Assembly: GCA_022646745.1 (NCBI GenBank)
Contig: CP060262.1
Span: 2,340,001-2,372,000 of the forward strand
From: Planctomycetales bacterium
Lineage (GTDB): Bacteria; 4484-113; JAFGCY01
Length of the DNA stretch: 32,000 nucleotides
Reading direction: 5' to 3'
Notes under the pieces: generated by a model
The model's database searches: none
Seen by the model: the letters and a program-made list of their open reading frames with translations, nothing else
Told to the model about the DNA's origin: nothing
Part shown: positions 1-7,286 of the stretch, one piece after another
Position numbering within the stretch: the first letter of the stretch is position 1
How the letters are laid out: every line of letters begins with the position of its first letter
Position numbers and translations under genes: made by a program

Positions 1-84
1 ACGGGTGTAGAAGGCGGTGCTCAGCTCGACCAGCTTCGGCAGGCCGAGTTCCTCGAACAGGTTGTGGTTGTCAATCTTGAACAT
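1..84 (-). CDS. First 28 codons of a small protein that runs off the left edge; possibly a 2-on-2 (truncated) globin-like protein, tentative
   Basis: The reverse complement of 1-84 reads ATG... = MFKIDNHNLFEELGLPKLVELSTAFYTR and stays open to the window edge. It starts 21 nt downstream of the amidohydrolase stop on the same strand. The pattern L..LV...FY.R resembles the N-terminal helix of truncated haemoglobins, but 28 aa is too short to be sure. Confidence 0.3.
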   Translation of the reverse strand, partial: MFKIDNHNLFEELGLPKLVELSTAFYTR

Positions 85-105
85 GAATCTGCTTCCGCGG
101 CGGAC

Positions 106-1353
106 CTAGCCATGCACCTGCACGCCGGCGGATACCTCGATGTGGATGATGCGGCCGTTGCAGATTGTAAGGCAGGACCGGCCGTTGTCCAGCACGGCGC
201 CGAAAACCGAGTCGAAATCATCCGCAGTGTCATCCGGGATCCTGAACGCGGCGAGGTCAGCGATGTAGGACGTGCACAGGCTGCCCAGCTCATGCTGGGC
301 ATTGATCACCGCCAGACCGTTGCGCGTCACCATGGAGAACAGGGCCTGTAGCGGCAGTCCGGGGAAGTTGTCACGCACCAGCGACGCCTCGTGCAGCGGG
401 GACAGCATGTCATTGCTCGCCAGGCTGTCAGTGCCCAGCGCCACGTTGATGCCGGCATCCAGCAGCTCCAGCAGCGGATGCTGCGGATGGCCGAAGTAGG
501 CATGGCTGCGCGGGCAGTAGACGACCGTCGGACGCATGCGCTGCAGCACCGCAATGTCGCCGTCACTCAGGTAGTTCACGTGGATCGCCAGCGTGTGCTC
601 GTCCAGGATGCCGTTGTCACCGTAGAACTGCACCGGTGACATCCCTGTGCCGCTGAAGTGCTCATTGCTGGTGCCCGCCAGTTCATGCAGGTGCTGGATC
701 TCAGAGTCCTGCCCGTTGCGGATGAACTCGATCTCGCCGTTGAACTCGCTCATGTGCACGCTCAGCGGCACATGCGCCTCCGTTGCCAGCCTGCGGCAGG
801 TGCGGGCCACGGCCAGGCTGGCAGTGTAAGGGGCATGCGGGGCATAGCCGAAGCGTGCGCGATTGCGGATCCGCTCGCCGTCCGGGTCGTCATTGTTGAA
901 CTCGAAGCATTCCAGCAGCGGGATATGCCTGAGCCCGGTCAGTTCGATGCGGTCCCACTCCAGGTCCACCGTGTGGTGGTCAAACACCGTGGTGCAGCCT
1001 GACATTGCCAGCTGGCGGATGCTGTCCAGCGGAAAGGTGCTCAGCTGGTTGCCACGCTGCTTCTTCAGGTCCCGCACATGCTGCAGCCAGTCCACGAAGC
1101 TGCCGTTGAAGCTGGTCTGGCCCTGGCAGAACTCCAGCTCGAGGTGGGCATGGGAGTTGGTGAAGCCGGGGGTCAGCACCGCATTGCCAAGGTCGATGTC
1201 ACAGGGTGGTGCACCATGCACGTAGCCTTCGGAAATCGAGAGGATGCGGTTGCCGTCCGTCTCAAGCTGGACGTCACGCCTCAGGTCACCGGGTGCCACG
1301 AGTGCATACCTGGCCTTGATGATCAATGCTGCTCCTCCTCGCTGGGTCAGCAT
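106..1353 (-). CDS. Metal-dependent amidohydrolase (chlorohydrolase / nucleobase-nucleoside deaminase-like, COG0402-type)
   Basis: 415-aa ORF. It carries the amidohydrolase metal-ligand pattern: HxH in FTNSHAHLELEF, later His residues in SVHMSE and AIHVNY, and Asp in LGTDSLASN. The substrate cannot be assigned from sequence alone. Confidence 0.85.
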   Translation of the reverse strand: MLTQRGGAALIIKARYALVAPGDLRRDVQLETDGNRILSISEGYVHGAPPCDIDLGNAVLTPGFTNSHAHLELEFCQGQTSFNGSFVDWLQHVRDLKKQRGNQLSTFPLDSIRQLAMSGCTTVFDHHTVDLEWDRIELTGLRHIPLLECFEFNNDDPDGERIRNRARFGYAPHAPYTASLAVARTCRRLATEAHVPLSVHMSEFNGEIEFIRNGQDSEIQHLHELAGTSNEHFSGTGMSPVQFYGDNGILDEHTLAIHVNYLSDGDIAVLQRMRPTVVYCPRSHAYFGHPQHPLLELLDAGINVALGTDSLASNDMLSPLHEASLVRDNFPGLPLQALFSMVTRNGLAVINAQHELGSLCTSYIADLAAFRIPDDTADDFDSVFGAVLDNGRSCLTICNGRIIHIEVSAGVQVHG

Positions 1354-1367
1354 CCATCATAGCAAAC

Positions 1368-2108
1368 TCAGCCGGTGCGGCGCTGCCTCTCCAGTGAGGG
1401 TTCAGTGTCGTGCCGCACGAGGTAGCCCTCATCCAGGCTGAGCATCGGGCGCTGTGGGACCTCAACCGGCGGCTCTACCCGGCTGCCGGCCCTGCGGTGC
1501 AGCAAGACGGAGAAGGCCGGCAGCCATGGCTGGGGAAGCCTGATGCCCCGCAGCTGCGGGACGGCGCGCCGGAATCGCTCAGCTAGCCTGTTGGCCAGTG
1601 CAAGCGGGGCCGCCAGCAGTGCATTGCCACAGATCAGGAGGGCTGCCAGCGAAAGCATGCCTGATTGCCACTGCGGATTGTCAGGCAGCAGCACCGGGCC
1701 GAATGCCAGCAATACCAGCAGTAGCGCAGTCGCGAGCAGCACCGATTGCCGTGGCCTTGGCTGCATGTTTATTGTCCAGCTGCGCAGCAGGTGTTCGCCC
1801 ACGACCAGTGCGAGCAGGATCACAAGCTCCAGCGCACTGCCCAGCAAGCGCTCGACGATCGGGACCGGGGGACGCAGGTGCACCATCAGCAGTGCCGTGA
1901 GCAGAAGCCAGGGCCAGGCCAGGCAGCGCCGCGAGAGGACGGTCATCAGCACGCCGGCGGCGAGGGCAAGGAAGATTGCATCACCGGTGAGCTGCAGCAG
2001 CAGTGGATTCCACAGTGAAGCTTCCGCCAGCACCAGCCTGCTGTCCGGCCACCAGGGCCGGCTGAGCAGGATGGCCAAAGCCAGCACCAGGGCTGGCAGG
2101 AATGGCAT
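1368..2108 (-). CDS. Polytopic membrane protein, unknown function
   Basis: The ORF is open from 2135, but the ATG at 2108 (MPFLPALVLALAILL...) is preceded by AGGAG 5 nt upstream. The product is very hydrophobic and Leu/Ala-rich with several predicted TM helices. Its stop lies 14 nt before the amidohydrolase start, so co-transcription is likely. Confidence 0.6.
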   Translation of the reverse strand: MPFLPALVLALAILLSRPWWPDSRLVLAEASLWNPLLLQLTGDAIFLALAAGVLMTVLSRRCLAWPWLLLTALLMVHLRPPVPIVERLLGSALELVILLALVVGEHLLRSWTINMQPRPRQSVLLATALLLVLLAFGPVLLPDNPQWQSGMLSLAALLICGNALLAAPLALANRLAERFRRAVPQLRGIRLPQPWLPAFSVLLHRRAGSRVEPPVEVPQRPMLSLDEGYLVRHDTEPSLERQRRTG

Positions 2109-2188
2109 TACGGCTCCTGTCCTGAAAGGACGCATTGCAAATAAGGTATAGGGGCTTGCAGTGAAAATATCAAGGATTACCGGCGAAC

Positions 2189-2219
2189 TTGCGGCAAATA
2201 ATCCTATACGGATTATAAT
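2189..2219 (+). promoter_or_regulatory. Putative sigma70-like promoter overlapped by a 7-bp inverted repeat, upstream of lipoprotein paralog 1
   Basis: TTGCGG (2189-2194), a 19-nt spacer, then TATAAT (2214-2219), inside an AT-rich intergenic region. A perfect inverted repeat ATAATCC-N5-GGATTAT (2198-2216) overlaps the -10 element. The spacer is longer than optimal. Confidence 0.3.
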
Positions 2220-2263
2220 TAGCTATATGACATCGTAAATATCCGCTTTACGGAGGTGATGTC

Positions 2264-3910
2264 TTGAGGCTCAGCTGTAACCACCTGATTGTCGTGATCT
2301 CCCTGCTGCTCTTTTCCTGCGGTTCCACAAGCCCTCAGGACAACGACAACCCCTCTCTCCTTGACCCGTCCGCCGGACTGCCCTCCGTCGCGGATCTGGA
2401 CCGGCTGTCTGCCACGGTTCCTGCCCAGTTGAGCGTGCTTGGCCGGGAAGCCGTCGGCAGCAGCTCGATGGCATTCATTGACAACGACGACATGCTACTG
2501 CCGGCATTGCCAGGGCAGAGCAGTTATGCGTTGTATTCGATCCATACCGGTACAACGGATGTCACGCAGGTCGGCTTCGAGCTCACTGACACCACGGTTG
2601 CGGAAAATGTCTGGATCGGCGCGCCGGATTACTACACCGGGCGCTGGAGCTTCACGCAGTTCACTGTTGGGATGAACAGCCTTGATGTAGGTGCCATCCG
2701 CAGCAGGAGCTATGCCGGCAACGTCTATATCGCGATCCTCACTCACGACGACACCTTCACCAGGGTCAAACGCTGCTACGTTGACCTGGAGGTGCCGGAA
2801 TGGCGGCGATACACCATTGACGCCACCGGCTCACCGGGAATCAGGTCGGCCATGGCCATGATTGGCAACACTCCCGGGATTGTCTATGAGCGCTATGATG
2901 GGGGCGGTACATACGAGCTGGTGATGGCTGGGACTACGTCACTGACCCCGCTCAGCCCTGCCGACTGGAACATTACCTTCATCCAGCCGGGTTTTGTGGA
3001 CCCGGTCTTCGGCCTGGACCTGATCAGCGTTGACAACAAACCGGGGATGGCAATGATGATGGACCACCTGACTCCCGGCTTAACGAATGTCTGGTACGCA
3101 CATGGCAATGTCGCGCAACCCCCCACAGGGGCAGGCTGGACCTGGAGCCATGTGGGGGTCGGTGTGGATTCGGATGAGATTTCCCTGGCAAGCGTGGATG
3201 GCAAGCCGGCCGTTGCATTCGAAAGCCGGGAAGCCAACAATGGCAATTCTATCCACTATGGCTATGCCTCACGCCCTGACCCGCAGGACAGCCTGGACTG
3301 GACGGTGGTTGTCGCCGCTGACAGCTTTGATCCGCTGTACGATTACTCAGGCATCAGGCTGTTCAATTACCTCAACCATCCGGCACTGCTTTTCTATGAC
3401 CATATTGACCAGTTCATTGAGTATGGATATGGGGCCACTTCAACACCGACCGGCCCGGCGGACTTCAGCAACGGCTACGTGGCACCGGACCAGTTCAGCG
3501 GAGAAGGTATCGCCGGAATTGAATATGGTGGTTTGCCGGTTGTGCTGTACACGGATTCATCCGGAAGCGGCCTGCATTACGCCCGCGGCACATCGGCAAC
3601 ACCCGCAGCACCTGAGGATTACAACCAGAAACATGTGATTGACCCGCGCCTTGTGGGCAACCGCATTGAGATTGTCCGGCCGCCGTTGGGCCTTGGGATC
3701 GCCTATCGGGAGGGAAGCAGCGGTTCACTGATTTATGCCTGGATTGACAGCGGTACTCCCGGTTCCGGAGGTGCCTGGCACATGGCACCGGTGGATGACC
3801 GGCCGATGAGCGGGGACATCGGTCTCGTGATAATGCAGGATGGCAACCCCGGGATCTGTTACCACACAGTCAATCCGGACGCACTGCAATTTGCACAGAT
3901 GATTCCGTAG
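2264..3910 (+). CDS. Lipoprotein, family A paralog 1: shared N-terminal module plus 7 propeller-like repeats
   Basis: TTG start preceded by GGAGGTG (2252-2258). The signal peptide ends in the lipobox LLFS-C. The N-terminal module carries VWIGAPDYYTGRWSF. Seven repeats of about 45 aa follow, of the type hydrophobic-G-x-P-[AGV]-[IVL]-x-[YF]...[YF]-[AG]...W (for example LASVDGKPAVAFES...IHYGYAS...DWTVV). It is paralogous to 4344-6008 and 22721-24376. Confidence 0.85.
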   Translation: MRLSCNHLIVVISLLLFSCGSTSPQDNDNPSLLDPSAGLPSVADLDRLSATVPAQLSVLGREAVGSSSMAFIDNDDMLLPALPGQSSYALYSIHTGTTDVTQVGFELTDTTVAENVWIGAPDYYTGRWSFTQFTVGMNSLDVGAIRSRSYAGNVYIAILTHDDTFTRVKRCYVDLEVPEWRRYTIDATGSPGIRSAMAMIGNTPGIVYERYDGGGTYELVMAGTTSLTPLSPADWNITFIQPGFVDPVFGLDLISVDNKPGMAMMMDHLTPGLTNVWYAHGNVAQPPTGAGWTWSHVGVGVDSDEISLASVDGKPAVAFESREANNGNSIHYGYASRPDPQDSLDWTVVVAADSFDPLYDYSGIRLFNYLNHPALLFYDHIDQFIEYGYGATSTPTGPADFSNGYVAPDQFSGEGIAGIEYGGLPVVLYTDSSGSGLHYARGTSATPAAPEDYNQKHVIDPRLVGNRIEIVRPPLGLGIAYREGSSGSLIYAWIDSGTPGSGGAWHMAPVDDRPMSGDIGLVIMQDGNPGICYHTVNPDALQFAQMIP

Positions 3911-3945
3911 CGTGAAGCTGCACTGCTTGGTCTTCCGGGCTGGAT

Positions 3946-4278
3946 TTACTGCGTCTGCCCATCAGGCCTTGTGCGGCCCTGGCCTTCTCCACCATTGCGT
4001 TTCGGTGCCAAGCGGTCCGGTCCGCGCCGCCCGTCCGGCATGCTATCAGGGGGCCTGATCGGGCCGCGGCCATCCTGCGCTCCGCGGCCACGCTATTCCA
4101 GCAGTTCCCTCAGGATGCGGGCAGAACTTTCCGAGAACATATGTCCCGTGGAAAGTGCACTTCGCACAATGTAAACGGCAAAGCATCTCCCATGCAGGCA
4201 CCAGCCTTGCAATGCGTGTAAATCTCGGGGTCTGGAGATGTGTCCAGGAGTAACTCTATTGGGTTGTTTCAATTGCAA
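3946..4278 (-). pseudogene. Decayed duplicate of the 3' part of gene 6018-6683, with a premature TAG and an internal deletion
   Basis: 3991-4117 aligns without gaps to 6081-6207 (offset 2090 bp), and the core 4021-4100 matches 6111-6190 at 74 of 80 nt. In the frame used by gene 6018-6683, this copy reads ...ILRELLE-TAG-RGRGAQDGRGPIRPPDSMPDGRRGPDR..., against ...FLKELLE-R-RGRGAEDGRGPIRPPDGMPDGRRGQDR... in the intact gene. About 66 nt present upstream in the intact gene are missing here. There is no equivalent of the N-terminal TM segment. Confidence 0.55.
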
Positions 4279-4293
4279 AGCATTGGATATAAT
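4264..4293 (+). promoter_or_regulatory. Putative sigma70-like promoter upstream of lipoprotein paralog 2
   Basis: TTGTTT (4264-4269), an 18-nt spacer, then TATAAT (4288-4293). The block GGATATAATTA resembles GGATTATAATTA upstream of paralog 1, which fits duplication of the promoter together with the gene. Confidence 0.3.
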
Positions 4294-4343
4294 TAAAAGG
4301 TTAATTGATGTCCAAAATATCTGAATTTGCCTAGGAGAGTATC

Positions 4344-6008
4344 ATGCGTTGTTTCCACCTGCTACTGCTGGGCTGCATCATGCTTGGAGCTTCCTGTGCA
4401 AGTAATGCCGGGCTGTCCCGGCAGAGTACTCCGGATCCTGCGGTGGAGAGCCAGATTCTCCCGGACCGTCTTGCAATTCCCTTCCCCGATGACTCACGTG
4501 ATCTGTCAACTGTGCCACTCAGGCTGGAAGTAGTGGGTCGTGACACCTACGACCGCGGTGGACTGGCAGGCGATGACAACGATGACCTGCTACTGCCAGC
4601 CATGCAGGCTCAGATGAGCTTCGGGATTTACCGACTGCATCCTGGCCGCTTCCCGTTTTCGGAAATCGGGTTGGAATTGCAGGATACAACGCGGCCGGAG
4701 GGCATCTGGATCGGGGTAGCGGACTACTTCACTCATCGGTGGCAGTGGACGCAATACACCGTGGGAATGACGACCCTGGATTGCAGCGGCTTAGCCCAGA
4801 TCGGACCGGCAGGCAATACCTACCTGGCAATCCTGGCCTACGACGACACCTTGACACGGGTCAAGCGCTGCTACATCGACCTGCAAGTGCCTTCCTGGAA
4901 CGGTTACGAGATTGACAGCAGCAACACGCCCGGGGTGCGCAACGTCATGGCGCGCTTTGGCAACAAGGTCGGCATCCTGTATGAGGCAGGTGATGGCGCG
5001 GGCGGACAGGAACTCCGATTTGCCACGCACAACCCGCTGATCCCGACCCAGCCCTCCGACTGGACCGTCACAGAGGTCTACAGCGGCTACCTTGAGCCGG
5101 TTATCGACATAGACCTGGACAGCATTGGCAGCAATCCCGGGATGGCCATGCTGATCACGGATGCCGTCCCAGGCAAGACGGATTTGTGGTATGCCTATGC
5201 CTCCACGTCAAACCCGGCGGATGCGTCTGCCTGGAAGTGGACCTCGGTTGGTGTCGGTGTTGACAGCGACGGCATGGACCTCACGGTTGTCAATGGCAAT
5301 CCGGTGCTGGCCTATGAGGCAAATGAGGGGGGGCCTGGCCATACGCTGCGCTGTGCCTTCAGCAGCCGGCCGGACCCGCAGGTCAGCCCTGACTGGGTCA
5401 ACACGGTGGCCTGGCAGGATCCAGGCCTGAGCGGGGACTATTCGTCCATCCATGTCTATCCACTGGTCAATGGACTGGCTCTGCTGTTCTACAATGCTGC
5501 CAACCAGCATCTGGAGCATGGCTACTATGAAGGGGTGCTCCCGCCTGCCGGTCCCAGTGAATTCACCATCGGTGATGTTGATACGGAACCCCTGCTGGGG
5601 CAGCTCAATGCTGGCATCAGCTTCAATAACTCCTCGAGCTGTCTCTATACCGATCCGGCAACGGGAGTACTGCTGTATGCGCATGGCACCAAGCTCAGCC
5701 CGTTGTCACCGGCAGACTTCGAACATCAGCACGTTGTGGATGAAGCCACCGTGGGAGAGAGCCTGGCCGTGATCAATCTGCAGAGTGGCCTGGGAGTTGT
5801 ATACCGGGAAATGGATGGCAGTACGGTGCGCTATGCCTGGACGGAAGGTTACCCGGTGAATTCCGGAAACGACTGGTACATCCTGCAGGTGGATGACCGG
5901 CCGACGATGGGCGATATCAGTGTTTCGACACTTCAGGACGGCCGGACCTGTATCAGTTATCACACTGTCTTTCCGCCGGCTTTGCAGTTCGCCGTAATGG
6001 TTCCCTGA
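4344..6008 (+). CDS. Lipoprotein, family A paralog 2: shared N-terminal module plus 7 propeller-like repeats
   Basis: AGGAG lies 7 nt before the ATG, and the signal peptide ends ...MLGAS-C. A 94-residue block (IWIGVADYFTHRWQW...GILYE) matches paralog 1 at 52 of 94 positions by hand count. It has the same seven-repeat architecture, ending ...PPALQFAVMVP against ...PDALQFAQMIP in paralog 1. Confidence 0.85.
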   Translation: MRCFHLLLLGCIMLGASCASNAGLSRQSTPDPAVESQILPDRLAIPFPDDSRDLSTVPLRLEVVGRDTYDRGGLAGDDNDDLLLPAMQAQMSFGIYRLHPGRFPFSEIGLELQDTTRPEGIWIGVADYFTHRWQWTQYTVGMTTLDCSGLAQIGPAGNTYLAILAYDDTLTRVKRCYIDLQVPSWNGYEIDSSNTPGVRNVMARFGNKVGILYEAGDGAGGQELRFATHNPLIPTQPSDWTVTEVYSGYLEPVIDIDLDSIGSNPGMAMLITDAVPGKTDLWYAYASTSNPADASAWKWTSVGVGVDSDGMDLTVVNGNPVLAYEANEGGPGHTLRCAFSSRPDPQVSPDWVNTVAWQDPGLSGDYSSIHVYPLVNGLALLFYNAANQHLEHGYYEGVLPPAGPSEFTIGDVDTEPLLGQLNAGISFNNSSSCLYTDPATGVLLYAHGTKLSPLSPADFEHQHVVDEATVGESLAVINLQSGLGVVYREMDGSTVRYAWTEGYPVNSGNDWYILQVDDRPTMGDISVSTLQDGRTCISYHTVFPPALQFAVMVP

Positions 6009-6017
6009 GCCGGGTTC

Positions 6018-6683
6018 TCAGTTTCCGCTGCGGCTGCCAGGAGCGTCCTCAGGCGGCGGGTTGCGATCAGCGCCGGAACCACCATTACGCTGCGGAGACA
6101 TTCGATCCTGTCCGCGCCGCCCGTCCGGCATGCCATCAGGGGGCCTGATCGGGCCGCGGCCATCCTCTGCTCCGCGGCCACGCCGCTCCAGCAGTTCCTT
6201 GAGGAACTTGCGCTGGTCGAATTCAGGTCCCTTGGGCAGGACCTGCACACCCTGGCGGCTCATGCGCACGATGAACTTCTCGGCAATCAGCACATGCATG
6301 TGCCCGTTCATGAATGACAGCGGTTCATTCTCCCCGCTCTTGAGAGATATTTCCGGTGGACGGCGTTCGTGGTCAGGCCCTTCCACCGTGTAGCTTACAT
6401 TCAGTCCATCAGGAAGGTCGGGCAGCTTGCGGCCATTCTCGCCGACGGCGTAGCCATCCTGTTCACGCAGGACACCCAGTTCGATGGAGAGATTGCCCTG
6501 CTGGTCCTCGCTGATGGACAACGGCCGTCCCGCCAGCCGGATCGCACGCCGCTCAAGCCTGACGCCGAGTCCGTCCTTGCCACCTTCGGAATCATCCAGC
6601 GCACCGAACAGGACGAACAGCGACCAGAACACGAGCGGGATCACCGCCCACATGAGCTTCCGGTTGAACAGGAAGATGTCCAT
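6018..6683 (-). CDS. N-terminally membrane-anchored protein with an Arg/Gly/Asp/Pro-rich C-terminal tail, unknown function
   Basis: 221-aa ORF with one N-terminal TM helix (MWAVIPLVFWSLFVLFGAL), a soluble domain of about 130 aa and a low-complexity tail. It converges on 4344-6008 with a 9-nt gap. Its 3' part is the source of the relic at 3946-4278. Confidence 0.65.
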   Translation of the reverse strand: MDIFLFNRKLMWAVIPLVFWSLFVLFGALDDSEGGKDGLGVRLERRAIRLAGRPLSISEDQQGNLSIELGVLREQDGYAVGENGRKLPDLPDGLNVSYTVEGPDHERRPPEISLKSGENEPLSFMNGHMHVLIAEKFIVRMSRQGVQVLPKGPEFDQRKFLKELLERRGRGAEDGRGPIRPPDGMPDGRRGQDRMSPQRNGGSGADRNPPPEDAPGSRSGN

Positions 6684-6792
6684 GCACTGCCTATCGTACT
6701 ATGCCGGCGCCCGGCTGGGCTCCTGCAATATATGAGTGGCTTGCCCGGCGCACGGTTTCAGGGTTCGCGGAATTCGCTGCTGACAGGGTAGA

Positions 6793-7230
6793 ATGCTCCA
6801 GATGCGCCTGATTGTGACCATCCTCTGGAGCATTGCCGCGCTGTGCTGGGTTCCCTGGCTGCTCGTGCTGCTGCGCCTGCTGGTGGACCTCGCCAGTGGA
6901 ACGCCGCCGCTGGAGAGCGGTTACCTGCCGCTGGTTGTGCAGGGGTTGTGGCCGCGCTGGCAGGTTGTCGGTCCCTGGTACATCCACTCCTGGTTCCCGG
7001 TCAGCGCCTTCCTTGGCTGCGCACTTTCAGCCGCAGGCTGGCGGGTGTACTGGGTAAGCGAGGGGTACCGGCTGACCCGGCCGCTGGCAAAGGTCGTGCT
7101 TAGCATCCTTGTGCCGCCCTACGCGGTGTTCCTGATGTACGACGACGCGGTCCGCCGCCACAATGCACGCGAGACCGAGCTGGCGCATGAGTCTGAGGAT
7201 GCCCGCCTGCGGCTGGAATCACGCTCATAG
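6793..7230 (+). CDS. Small membrane protein, unknown function
   Basis: 145-aa ORF with 3-4 hydrophobic, Trp-rich segments and a charged C-terminal tail. An alternative ATG lies at 6802. It sits 56 nt upstream of lipoprotein 7287-9368 on the same strand. Confidence 0.5.
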   Translation: MLQMRLIVTILWSIAALCWVPWLLVLLRLLVDLASGTPPLESGYLPLVVQGLWPRWQVVGPWYIHSWFPVSAFLGCALSAAGWRVYWVSEGYRLTRPLAKVVLSILVPPYAVFLMYDDAVRRHNARETELAHESEDARLRLESRS

Positions 7231-7286
7231 CCTTCTTTGTTGATAGGATTCCTGGACTGGTTTGAATTCAGCTTTCGGAGTAGTCG

